A stretch of DNA of 14,592 nt from Azolla caroliniana (taxonomy: Eukaryota; Plantae; Polypodiophyta). The stretch spans positions 1-14,592 of the forward strand of contig JBHGNT010000853.1 in NCBI GenBank assembly GCA_043228905.1, given 5' to 3'. Each line of letters starts with the position of its first letter. Position 1 is the first letter of the stretch. Positions 1-10,066 of this stretch are shown one piece after another. The notes below the pieces were generated by a model. The model did not search any database, was not told where the DNA came from, and saw nothing but the letters and a program-made list of their open reading frames with translations. A program made the translations under genes and the position numbers.

Positions 1-2866
1 TAAAATCATAGAAAATGGAGCCCACACCATCTGGATGTGCATTCACATGAACGTAATGTGCATATTTGAAGAGGGAAATAATTCGATGAAAGTTTAATTA
101 TAGATTTAACAAGCGTGATTGAGAGGAATCCCTAGGCAATGATAACACAATTGTTTATAGTTATTAGTAGAGTATTTTAGAAAAAAAATGGTCACAAAAC
201 ACAATAAAGTAAACATGTACAAGGTTTAAAAGTGTGATCTTAGTTTCAGTACCATTAGACACATAAATTAAGAGAAAATATCATTTGGGACATTGAAAGA
301 GAGTAATTAAGAGTGATTCATCACATGTTTACTCGTTGCTATCAATATAAAAAAAACAAAACAATTATATTAAAGACTGTGGATCATGGTTGTACGAAAA
401 CCAAATTGCATTTGTGCCTAACTATATACACCACAAAATATTTCAATGGTCAATCACAACTTTAAACATTAATCTAAATATCAAATATTATTCAGAATAA
501 AAATCAATGACAATTTATAATTATTTTAATTAGATCTATCAAAGTCCTAGATTGTTCTTTTTATCTTCGATTACATACATGCGCGTGATCGACGTAAGCA
601 ATATGTCAAATTACGCATGCATTGCATGTTCATGAGGTCTCTTAGCTTGTGGAATGAGTTTTATGAACAAAGGTGTGACAACCATGGGTCTTCCATAATA
701 ATAATAAAAGAACAATATTTGCATCGCACAATTTGTTATGTTAGGATTCTTATAAAGGCATTCCAAAACTGCCCCCACCTTGATTGCATACATTTATTTG
801 AATGAAAGTAAAAAGCATCACATAACAAAGATTCCTTAAATAGTTATTAATGACAACAAAGGTCCATACGACCAAACCAATATAACTAACATCCATAACC
901 ATCATATTTCAAGGTTGGATGGTTTTCAAATTTCAACGAGGGAAAGAATAATCAAAGACATCGCTCATTATAAAGCAAACATATATGCACAACTTTTAAA
1001 TATGAAATTCACCGAAAATCTACTTTAATCCCTAGAAAATTAGCAATAATTTTAAATAATAGAGAATTTACTTGAAGTAAATTTTTCTATGCCCCCACAC
1101 TATGTTTTAAATGTCATTACCTACTGTCTTCGCTCAAAAACATGAAACTCCCAACAAACATCAAAGGCATTGGAAATGTATGGATCACATCACCTTCACT
1201 ATCAGACAACAAATATGCAAAATACACCACATTAAGCATGATAGCAACCATGGTATTAGGCAAGAGCCTATTTGTCAAAATGTGACACATCCATGTGGTA
1301 AAGTGTGTTTCATGTACAATGATGGAAGATGTACTATGTACACATCATTAAGTTGCAAATTGTACACAAGTGAAGTGTGAAAAGTGTACGCCATGTTTTT
1401 TCATTCACTACTTTGGCAATGAAACCTTTTGCTTTGTCCTCTAGATAGACCTTTTTACACAAAAAATTGTCCGTTCTCACATCTACCATAAATGACCACT
1501 TTTCGAAAGACAAGAAAATTGGTTATCTAAATGTGTTTCACACCACCACTAACATATCTTACATGATCACATTTGAATCTTATCATCCTAATTACTACCA
1601 TTAGTCACTATTCATCACCTTCTTCACTCAAGGGTATCAATATTATAAAGAAGCCATATCTGCAAAGTCAAGAATGTCAAGAGAGAGAGTATCCAAGACA
1701 TCAATTAATGTGCAAACAATTGGCATAACAAAATTTATGGAATTATTCAAATCATGGAAATCAATGAACACATGGAGTAAATAAACATTAACATCATTCA
1801 TACATTGCTAATGTTAGATTAATATAAATGCATTATCTATAACATATGCTGATAAAGAGTACAAACAAGTAGAGCAAGTACACTACTCCAACACTGTCGT
1901 TTGGATCATGATGTTATTACTGACACAATTTAGGGTCAAATTCCAACAAGATTACATTATTTTGGTGAATCTCAGAAGATCTTGTAAGTACCATTGTGTA
2001 CGTTAATCCTAAACAAACTACAATAGTATTTTCAAGTAGCATACAGATAAAACAAACATACTTTGACCTAGGAATATGTGTTTTTTGCTCATAGACGGTG
2101 CAGATCATTTTTCTTTGTGTGATTCTCACGGCATGCCATGATAATACATTTTTTGGATCCATACTTATTCCAATAAGTACAAAACAGTCCTAGTCTGCAA
2201 CAAACTCGAATAGATAAATCCTCACGCGTGACATTAGGGGATTTGCAAATCATAGACAAGGATGCCTATCACTTTTGTATACACACAACAGGAAACCATC
2301 AAAATCTTTCTCAAGGGAACTCATTCCTTCATGATATGTTTAGCAAGTGTTCAATCCATTCATGACGATTAATGAGAGGCTCATTGCCTTACAGTACACT
2401 AACCAGCACACTCTCCAAAATCAGCCCCATAGACACTTCTTATGTTTCTAATTATCCAGATTTATAAATACATCTTTTGAATCACAAAGGATAATTAACA
2501 CGATTAGTCACCTGTAATCTAGTGATTAACTTCATTGCCTTTAAACTGCCATTATATTTAAATGGGACGTTCTCTTCTATAAAGAAGTTCAGGCAGTGTC
2601 CAAATCTGAGAAGCAGCCGAGTTGCAGATTGAAAACTATCTTCGTTAGTTCAATGCTTATTACCATTGTCACCAAGGGAACATCGTCCTCCTCTCATTGA
2701 GTTGGTTATACCAGTTTAATCTCATGGGTATCTTCAATAAGAATGGTCAGACAACATTGCTAATGACTTAGAAGAGTACACAGTTCAGCAAATAAGCACC
2801 TTTGCACAAGTATATATTGCTTAGAGATGAGGCTAAGCCTTAATGCCACCTCTCTAGAGACATAAA

Positions 2867-3044
2867 TCACTCTGCATTAACATAACTTCCTTCGTCTCCC
2901 TCATTCAATAAGAGAGCTACAAGAGCATCAGCTGATTCAGCCGAGTCATTATGCACACTGGGTACAATGTTAACAGGATTTATGAACCTTACAAACTCCC
3001 TTAATTCATTAAAGCTACAATGCTCACTATATGGAGCTTCATAC
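2867..3044 (-). CDS. SNM1: SNM1 exon 10 (terminal): beta-CASP motifs B and C, stop codon
   Basis: Acceptor ATGTAG|G; (R)YEAPYSEHCSFNELREFVRFINPVNIVPSVHND...YVNAE-TGA (stop at 2869..2867); 178 nt. Confidence 0.92.
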
Positions 3045-6000
3045 CTACATCAAGAGAAGGCATTCATTGTAAGCAATAATATAAAGAATTCAGGGAAAAA
3101 CACCAAAAGACCCCCCAAATTTGCTACAAAAATCTGGTTTTCAAAATTACCAGAGTATCCCTCTTAGTCATAAATTCTGTACTCTTCAGGGATATACCCA
3201 ATTCTGGTAATATTCAAAACTTCAGCAGTATATTGGTGTTTCTCCAATCGGACAAAAAAAACATTATGTAGCATGGTTATTACCGTATAATGGTCCCTTG
3301 CTGCCATCTTCGACCAGGTGTTCTCTTCTTCCCCCTTCCAAAGCTCCATCCAGTAGGGGAAAATGAGACTATAGAGCTGTACCTTCCCTGAAAGAGTAAT
3401 GCCAATCAATTCAGCTTCTTTAGAGTAATAATTGAAACTGATCTATATACCAAGTTCAATCAAAGCTTTAAATTCGCACACATACATGATGATGTCTTGC
3501 GAGGTAGTTCATTCTTTTGAAGCTTGCAATACTCCAGAGGGGTACTACATGAATATGAGCATCATTTTCGTTTGTTGTAAGCCACTTCATATCCTCATCT
3601 GAGAATTTCATACATTGCAGAAGTCGTAACTTTGCCGCATTTACATATATCTTCTTTTGGAGGGCCTTTGCAACTTCAAAGAATATCTTCTCTTTCCCTG
3701 TAAAACATCTAAAACTTGATGATCAGATCATGCATTGATATCCCAAACTGCACACACAAGATTTCATAGCCATACCAAAAGCTAATTGATCATGGTTATT
3801 TATTGCATTCCTGGTGGGTTCTACTCTCCTAGAGATATTACAGTAGTTGATTATTACAATCTGGTAAATAATGATTTCTTGTGGTTTGCAAATCCATTCT
3901 GTCATAAAAATAGTCATTCACTAAAATGGCTTGAGAACCCTTGAAAACACAGATAGATCACATATGCCCCCAAATGATATTGTCCAAAGACAAAACACGA
4001 AGAAACTCACCAATGGTATAGGTGCCTATCAGAAACAGTGTGCTGGGATTGAAAGCTTCTGCTTGAATAGCATCAATAATGAATTGGATGACTACTTCCT
4101 GCTTGGGAAAATCATACTGGATATATACAGTACATAAGACTTTTGTAATATAGCAATATTGCTGATTTTTACTTCATGAACAGAAGCTCGAGTAAATTCA
4201 GACCTTAGGATTGCAGTAAGTAGTGTCCAGCATCAGAGTGTGTATTCTGCTTTTCTGAAGTACAAGGTTACTTGCCATTTCCTCACAAAAGCGGAAATCA
4301 CCAGTATGCAGCACAGCCTGGAAAATGCATGTTACAATTCATAAACTCAACAACTACATGAACATCATTCAAACTTGGCATGACTCAAATCTCTTATAGA
4401 AGAGGTGTGTCTTGCATATGTGGAAGTCTATCACATAGTGTACTATTGTTTATTCCAACATCAAGGGTTTTGGACATACTTTAGAAAGTAAAAGTATGTC
4501 CTAAAAAGATTACCATCTGTTCAGATGTTTTGCTATATGCACCCATAAACTATCGTCATTCTAAAAGGATTACCATCTGTTCAGATATTTTGCTATATGC
4601 ACCCATAAACTATCTGATACAGAAAAACAACAATCTTTGTTGAAATCATGCCAGGCATCACATCTTTGGCTGTCTCAAAGACGCAGCCACACCAACCATC
4701 ATAACATATAAGACAGTCCGCAATTGCTCAGATATGATCTAACTTGAAATTGTTTCTCTTTGCTGTCTCAATGACACAGCCACACCAACCATCATAACAT
4801 ATAAGACAGTCCACAATTGCTCAGATATGATCTAACTTGATATTGTTTCTCTTCGCTGCAAGTTCATGTTATGCTGGTATCCAAGTATTATAGAAACCAC
4901 AATGAATAATACCAAGGAAAACTAAAAAGGAAAATCTTCAAGAATCATTATAAAAATATTTTTGAACATGAACTCACCTTACCACTTTGAGGCTCAAAAA
5001 GAAACATCACTGAGCCAGGGCAATGGTATGCTTCCAGCAATGTTACTTTTACACCATCAATGTCAACAGTTTCATTCAGCGGCAAAGGTTTCAAGCGCTC
5101 CCAAGGGATGCCAATTCTTGTATTAACAATTTGTGCCGTTATATAAGAAGTATATACATGACCATATCTGAACGCTCGTGTGAGGCCTTGATAATCTGAA
5201 ATAAAAACTTAAAAGGATTTGGAATCAGCTAGTGGAAGCAAGATTTTGAGAAGATAGAAAAATATCTCAGACTGCCATGGCCAATTTTGAACATGGTAAT
5301 CCCAATAATAAATTACAAGCATGTGGTATTACGGTCGGTATGGAAGTGTGTAAGAAACCAATGAGAACAATCTCCACTCAGATGTTGGAAGGCATCCTGT
5401 ACACAACAGAAAAACGTCTAATTATAAAATAGGCTAAAGTCATGTTTAATATTCGTGGTGCATACAAACTGAAATACACTAACATTAAATTGCCTGTTAC
5501 TAAATAACATAGAATCTTTCTCAGATGATGAATGCAGCACTACGAATAAAGAAGTTTTTATCTAAAAGCATATAAAATGAAGTTCTGTAACATTTCTCAT
5601 CAGTTGCAAGTTCTGACATTCCTAGAAATTTGATATGTGAGTTTCGACTTTTAAATTGTTGAGGCACGTGAAAGCACACCATTAGCTTCTACAACATAAA
5701 TTTAATCATTATCTAGAAACAGTAACCACATGGAACATACCACCCTGAACTTGGTTCCTGGAATGCACATCCACTCTGGAATACCACCAAAATGTGTAGG
5801 AATGCTTCTTTTGCGAGCAGAAATACTGCGAGCAACTCTTGCCTTACATGCAGAAGAAGATTCTGAAACTGGCAGTTCAGACGGTTCTTTGTTCTGATTC
5901 AAGGGAAGAACAAAGAAATCGGTGATAAGTTTTGTTCCTGATGCATCCACTGCTACATGCTCATTAATTTCACCTTGGTGAATTTTTATGCCAGTAGAAT

Positions 6001-8685
6001 TTGCTGTTTCCGATCCTTGTTCCAGTTGTTTTAATGAATGGAGAATCTTCTTTCTGGGGCCAAATGCTGTAACACCTAATGTACATAAATCCTAACAAAA
6101 TACCAGATCATTTTAAGATCAATGAAGAATAAGACAAAAGTTAATGTATAGAAATAGTAAATAAGTTCACAAATTACCTCGTCATTCAGACACTTAAATG
6201 TATCCCAATCAATCTCCTCACGTATAAAAATATTTGCATATCTAGATAGATTCAGTGTATCCAACCACCGGAGAACAGGAGCATGATCAGACAAAGAATC
6301 CATTTGCACACACTCGCCTACTTCCACTTTTTCTTGAGCTTTAACCTATTGAAATTAACTTCATTGCAGTAAGATGACTGTTTGACATCAGACATTCCAT
6401 TCCATTCCACAAAATCCTACTGCTATTATGTAAAAACTCGATGTTAAAGTGGTTTAAATAAGAGATTCCCCATTAAAACGCATTTATTGGTAGTATGGTA
6501 AGCATCCAGTTGCACTGACGTTATACACAACCCTCTCCTGTCTAAAGCTTCAGTCAGAAAAAATAATAGGCAAAAGTAAAAAAAAGACAGTTTTAAGACC
6601 CAACAAAAAAGATTTTGGAAACCATCTCAGTCAAGGAGGCTTCATGATCTTATCCACTTCAGAAACTTTCTGCCAGCATCCAATTGCAGTTGGCGGATGC
6701 TCTTGCATTGAGGATTTCAGGGGCTTGACATCATTTTGTAGAAAAGTCTAGAATGTCGAATATCCAAACAGCATAAAAAATAGTGACTACAAAATGCTTG
6801 CTTACTCGTCTTCAAAGAGCACGTAGATTGTAGCTTACTAGCAGTAAATCATCAAATCAAGCAGATTTTGTGAGTTGATTGCATTGTTATTGATAGCAAA
6901 GTAGATTTCTTGAGTACTTTTATGAGGATTGTACCATTTCCTAGGTAACAACATTCAGCTAACATCCTTGCATCATTTGATGAGTAATACACAGCACTTC
7001 CACTATTTCCATTTTTTCATGTTTGACAATGCCATTTTTGTAATGTCAAGAATATACAAGATTAATTTGTACCAGCACTAGTGGTATATATATTTCATGT
7101 TGGACCACCATCAACTGGAAAATTATGCTCTACCAATAAATCCTCAATGGATGTAACAATGACTAATTATCCGAATAGAAATGAGATATCAATCACGGTA
7201 GTTTGAAAAATCAAGACTTGGCAATAGTAATAGATAGAGTAGTTTATAAGAAGAAGATAAATGAAGACTTGGCAATCAAACCTCGTCATTGTTGCAGACC
7301 ATAACATTTGCGTCAATATGCTCATCAGAGTCTGCTTCAGTCTTGTCAATGTTATCCAAGCATGCATTTGTATGTAGCTCTCTTTGCTCAAAGGACATAG
7401 CAGTTATACAGCTCTGGCAAATCGGGCATTTTACAAATGACTCAGACTGATCAAATATATTGTCAACCATAAACTCGCTAGACACATTGACATTAGAATC
7501 ACGATTCTTAATCTCTACTTCAAACAGTGATTCTTCAGTATCTTGGAAATTTTTCACTGAGTCAACATTCTCTATGATAAGGCCTTTGTGATAATCTATT
7601 TCTGATCCAAGTTTTAAATCGTCATTACTGATGGATTTACTTTGTGTCATCACACTGATTATAGCTTCTTCTACTTCGATTGAATCATCCACTTCTGGAT
7701 CAATTTGTTCACTGTCACTTGCTGTGTCAGCACAAAGTTGTAGAAGTGCATGAAGCTGGCTTTCGGGATTAATGATGATTGGGGCAACTGTGCCTTCATC
7801 AATTTGAAGATCTCGATTTTGTAAATGTTTTAGCTCTATAGCTTGTATGATTTGTTCGGCTTCTTCAGCATCTTCAATAATTTGTAATTCTCTATTTTTT
7901 ACACATTTTAGCTCCATATCTTTTGTGATCTGTTCCTCCTCTTTGGCATCTTCGTAAATTTGTAAGTCTCTATTTTGGATTATTTTAAACCCTGTATCTA
8001 GTGTAGTTTGTTCCCCTTCTTCAGACAATGATATCACTTCTTCAGTCAACCTCCATACTGGTGGATTTTTCTCCTCTGATATGATTTTATCATCTCTACA
8101 AATCAGATATTGCCCTCCATGTGGAGATGTTATCATTTCCTGAATTTCACTCTGGACCTGGATTAATCTGTCTGAACCTGGATCATCTGCTAATGCTTGA
8201 TCCTGATGCATGTCATCCGATCTGTTCCAAAGCTCTACTATTTTATTTGAATGAGTGTATGCCAATGTTTGTCCTGGGACTTTGGTAAACTGTGTAGCTT
8301 TCATATCTTCTGATCTCTTTAACACTGAACCTTGATGCGTATTATTTACCTTCTCGTCTTCTACTACTTTATTCACATGAATGTCAGTTAATGGTTTTCG
8401 CAAATCCCTACTAACCTGTTCGGTTCTCGCACTTCTCCCCTTCAATTTCATGTTCTTGGAAGAAGCGGGAGCAGAAGAAGCCTCTTTCTCTTTCCATTGT
8501 CGAAGGGGCAGCTTAACCTGGTTCTTCTTCTGCCGTTTCGGCTGATGATTATTCCCAGAGAATCTCTGAAGAGAGGAGGTCCGGTGTTCTGCGTGAGGAG
8601 CAGTCGGCTGAAAATCGTCGCTGTCGCTGTCGTTCTCGGCGATGGCCATAGCCATGGCGAAGGCGAGGTCCTCAGAAACCTCCAT
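2867..8685 (-). CDS. SNM1: SNM1/PSO2 (DCLRE1A-like) DNA cross-link repair 5'-3' exonuclease with UBZ-like zinc finger and SAM domain; 10 exons: join(8685..7282,6345..6178,6091..5741,5396..5333,5195..4978,4317..4204,4116..4011,3697..3486,3387..3284,3044..2867), 2919 nt, about 972 aa
   Basis: Manual splicing at GT-AG sites gives one continuous frame. It contains MBL/beta-CASP motifs FRVDAF, HFHTDH (HxHxDH), AYHCPG, HTGDFR, LDTTY, LIGTYTIGKE, PTGW, PYSEH and IVPSV (motif C Val, typical of DNA-acting beta-CASP enzymes). The SAM domain reads WLDTLNLSRYANIFIREEIDWDTFKCLNDEDLCTLGVTAFGPRKKILHSL. Start codon 8685 is preferred; in-frame ATGs at 8727 and 8739 are alternatives. Confidence 0.93.
3284..3387 (-). 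CDS. SNM1: SNM1 exon 9: DRMBL region
   Basis: Acceptor TTTCAG|GGA, donor CG|GTAATA; GRYSSIVSFSPTGWSFGRGKKRTPGRRWQQGTII(R); 104 nt. Confidence 0.92.
3486..3697 (-). CDS. SNM1: SNM1 exon 8: beta-CASP domain
   Basis: Acceptor TTACAG|GG, donor CAT|GTATGT; (G)KEKIFFEVAKALQKKIYV...HIHVVPLWSIASFKRMNYLARHHH; 212 nt. Confidence 0.93.
4011..4116 (-). CDS. SNM1: SNM1 exon 7: beta-CASP domain
   Basis: Acceptor TCCAG|TAT, donor G|GTGAG; YDFPKQEVVIQFIIDAIQAEAFNPSTLFLIGTYTI(G); 106 nt. Confidence 0.93.
4204..4317 (-). CDS. SNM1: SNM1 exon 6: motif 4 and beta-CASP motif A
   Basis: Acceptor TTCCAG|GCT, donor AAG|GTCTGA; AVLHTGDFRFCEEMASNLVLQKSRIHTLMLDTTYCNPK; 114 nt. Confidence 0.93.
4501..4614. repeat. 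60-bp-period tandem duplication in SNM1 intron 5
   Basis: ctaaaa(a/g)gattaccatctgttcagat(g/a)ttttgctatatgcacccataaactatc at 4501 and 4561; 2 mismatches in 54 nt. Confidence 0.95.
4669..4858. repeat. 93-bp tandem duplication in SNM1 intron 5
   Basis: gctgtctcaa...cagccacaccaaccatcataacatataagacagtcc...ttgtttctctt at 4669 and 4762; 5 mismatches; GCTG recurs at 4855. Confidence 0.95.
4978..5195 (-). CDS. SNM1: SNM1 exon 5: MBL motif 3
   Basis: Acceptor TTTCAG|AT, donor AAG|GTGAG; (H)YQGLTRAFRYGHVYTSYITA...LLEAYHCPGSVMFLFEPQSGK; 218 nt. Confidence 0.93.
5333..5396 (-). CDS. SNM1: SNM1 exon 4: MBL motifs 1-2
   Basis: Acceptor ACAG|GAT, donor C|GTAATA; DAFQHLSGDCSHWFLTHFHTD(H); 64 nt. Confidence 0.93.
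5741..6091 (-). CDS. SNM1: SNM1 exon 3: SAM C-terminal part, PIP-like motif, start of MBL domain
   Basis: Acceptor TTTGTTAG|GAT, donor GTG|GTATGT; DLCTLGVTAFGPRKKILHSL...TKLITDFF...IPEWMCIPGTKFRV; 351 nt. Confidence 0.92.
6178..6345 (-). CDS. SNM1: SNM1 exon 2: N-terminal part of SAM domain
   Basis: Acceptor TTCAATAG|GTT, donor GAG|GTAATT; VKAQEKVEVG...WLDTLNLSRYANIFIREEIDWDTFKCLNDE; 168 nt. Confidence 0.88.
7282..8685 (-). CDS. SNM1: SNM1 exon 1: disordered N-terminus, 26-aa repeats, UBZ-like zinc finger
   Basis: Lies in the 491-aa ORF 7276..8751; GC-rich start region; CPICQ...ELHTNACLD near its end; donor GAG|GTTTGA at 7282/7281, phase 0. An additional exon in the 936-nt intron 1 cannot be excluded. 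Confidence 0.82.
7792..8013 (-). repeat. In-frame 78-bp (26-aa) tandem repeat, about 3 copies, in SNM1 exon 1
   Basis: EQTTLDTGFKIIQNRDLQIYEDAKEE / EQITKDMELKCVKNRELQIIEDAEEA / EQIIQAIELKHLQNRDLQIDEG; plus-strand AATTTG anchors at 7801, 7879 and 7957 (period 78). Confidence 0.88.
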
Positions 8686-8703
8686 GGACGAAGGAGGAGC
8701 ATG

Positions 8704-8711
8704 GCGGGAAA
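8704..8711 (-). promoter_or_regulatory. Candidate E2F binding site TTTCCCGC just upstream of the SNM1 start codon
   Basis: Plus strand GCGGGAAA at 8704..8711 is a perfect canonical E2F element, about 20 nt upstream of ATG 8685. E2F regulation of plant replication/repair genes is established; function here is inferred. Confidence 0.55.
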
Positions 8712-9169
8712 TGCTTTTTAAATACATCCATAAAAACATAAAAAGGGCCAAAAATGAGAGAATTTGTTATTACGAAAATATGCCCCTACGTTTTCGAAAT
8801 TCCCAAAAAAATACCCTCGCTTGTTGTCCACGCTACCTTTGTTGTCCATGCATTCATATACATATACATACCATTTTCAATGCTTCGGGTCATTGCCCTA
8901 GGCCATTGGGCACATCAAATCACGCCCTTATCGAGGGGCGTCCATTTTCATGAATACGCCAGAATTGGATGTGGGAATCCTTGATCATATTGCAGGACAA
9001 TACGAGGGTTACAAAAAAGAAAAAGGGATATGGAATGGACGAAGTTTTGTCAAGTACATGTCGTATGTTTCACTTCCTGCATGGTTCTAACGATGTTGAC
9101 CTTGGCATCAGTACCAACTGGACAAGCCTACGTGCAAGGAAAAGGGGCACAAGGCGAAGCCCTTGAAAC

Positions 9170-9395
9170 TATGAATTGGCAACAGTTCGGTTTCGGGTTA
9201 ACCAATTCAGTTTAATTTTGAAAACTCCCAAACCGATTAAGCCAAGACAATTGAGCCTTAACTAGTTTGGCCCAAAACGGTTTGGCTCGACTTGAGCCAT
9301 CCCAAACTGAGCTCAAGCCTTAACCAAGTTGAGTCGAACCGCCAAACAAGTTAACGGCTCAGTTCAAGATTAAGTCAAGCCATTGCAAAGTCCTA
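9170..9395. mobile_element. Non-autonomous hAT-type MITE, about 226 bp
   Basis: Degenerate TIRs: left TATGAATTGGCAAC versus reverse complement of right end TAGGACTTTGCAAT (10/14). 8-bp flanks CTTGAAAC and CTTAAAGC (6/8) fit an aged hAT TSD. Interior is dense in CGGTT/AACCG and GAGCC/GGCTC motifs in both orientations. Confidence 0.68.
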
Positions 9396-9719
9396 CTTAA
9401 AGCCACCAATGCTATGCGAAGAGGCCCTAACTATTGCAAAATATTATAAATGTCACTTTGAGTGCTTTTTTTAGTAGATGCTTCACTGTTACAATAAATT
9501 GTTTTTTTCCTAGAGCCATATTTTCTCTTCTACTTTTTGGGTGAAAAATCATAATTATATTGATAAATGTGTGTGAAAAACTCTATAGTGGCACCACATT
9601 TGAGTGATGTCACCACTACATTGCCAATGGGACATGTTGAATCACAGATAGGCAAGACAAACACTATGTGAAGGAAAAAAGTTGACTTGTTCTGATAATC
9701 AAATTTGCTACGGGAATAC

Positions 9720-10066
9720 TCCAACTTTAGTAGATATGCTCTAACTTTGTGCCTACCATCAAGTACAAAAACATTGCAAATTTCCCAATAATGAATTAAT
9801 ACTCAAAAAGAGGATCTTGGGCCAAGATGTGTGAATTGGGCAAACACCCATTGTCTTGGAGTCAAATAACAACATGAGAAAACTTGCCAATTTTGAGAAA
9901 TGTAACCTTGAATTTGAAGAACAATCTTGCATTGCACGAAACGATGAGTATTATCTTCCACTCGAACATTGCAAAAGAATTGATTGCTTGTGCTAGTTCA
10001 CTTTTCTTCTAATCCCAAAGGTAAACCCTCATTCAATACTCACTAACCAAATGCCTTTGCAATTGC
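9720..10066 (-). mobile_element. Decayed LINE (L1-like) ORF2 C-terminal zinc-binding (zf-RVT-like) fragment
   Basis: Minus-strand frame reads AIAKAFG**VLNEGLPLGLEEK*TSTSNQFFCNVRVEDNTHRFVQCKIVLQIQGYISQNWQ...HYWEICNVFVLDG. This fits the K-x-F-x-W-R...LP...CxxC...E...H-x-F-x-x-C pattern, with stops TAG/TGA one change from TGG/CGA. Boundaries approximate. Confidence 0.62.

Noticed and set aside
1-2800. Short ORFs (611..793, 617..805, 1111..1380, 1917..2162), an imperfect palindrome near 575..625 and TGTACA-rich sequence near 1310..1390
   Set aside because: No recognisable protein, TIR/TSD or regular periodicity; consistent with 3' flank and old intergenic or repeat-derived DNA that I cannot classify.
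2967-4137. Short ORFs 2967..3167, 3164..3409, 3723..3917, 3931..4137
   Set aside because: Antisense, off-frame or intronic relative to well-supported SNM1 exons.
4501-4858. CRISPR-like reading of the intronic repeats
   Set aside because: Only two adjacent copies each, no unique spacers, eukaryotic intron context.
6676-6700. Small hairpin GCATCC...GGATGC and a possible cryptic exon in intron 1
   Set aside because: Stem too short for a miRNA precursor; the candidate frame I read ends in a stop; exons 1 and 2 already join in phase.
7213-7276. 13-bp direct repeat AAGACTTGGCAAT near the exon 1 donor
   Set aside because: Short, no element-like sequence between the copies; no function supportable.
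8686-8751. N-terminal extension MALFMFLWMYLKSISRHAPPSS in the ORF track
   Set aside because: It starts at TTG, lies in AT-rich promoter-like sequence and overlaps the E2F-like site. ATG 8685 is preferred, though ATGs at 8727 and 8739 are not formally excluded.
8448-9215. Cluster of overlapping short ORFs near the SNM1 start
   Set aside because: Explained by locally higher GC and overlap with exon 1 and the promoter; no protein-family signal.
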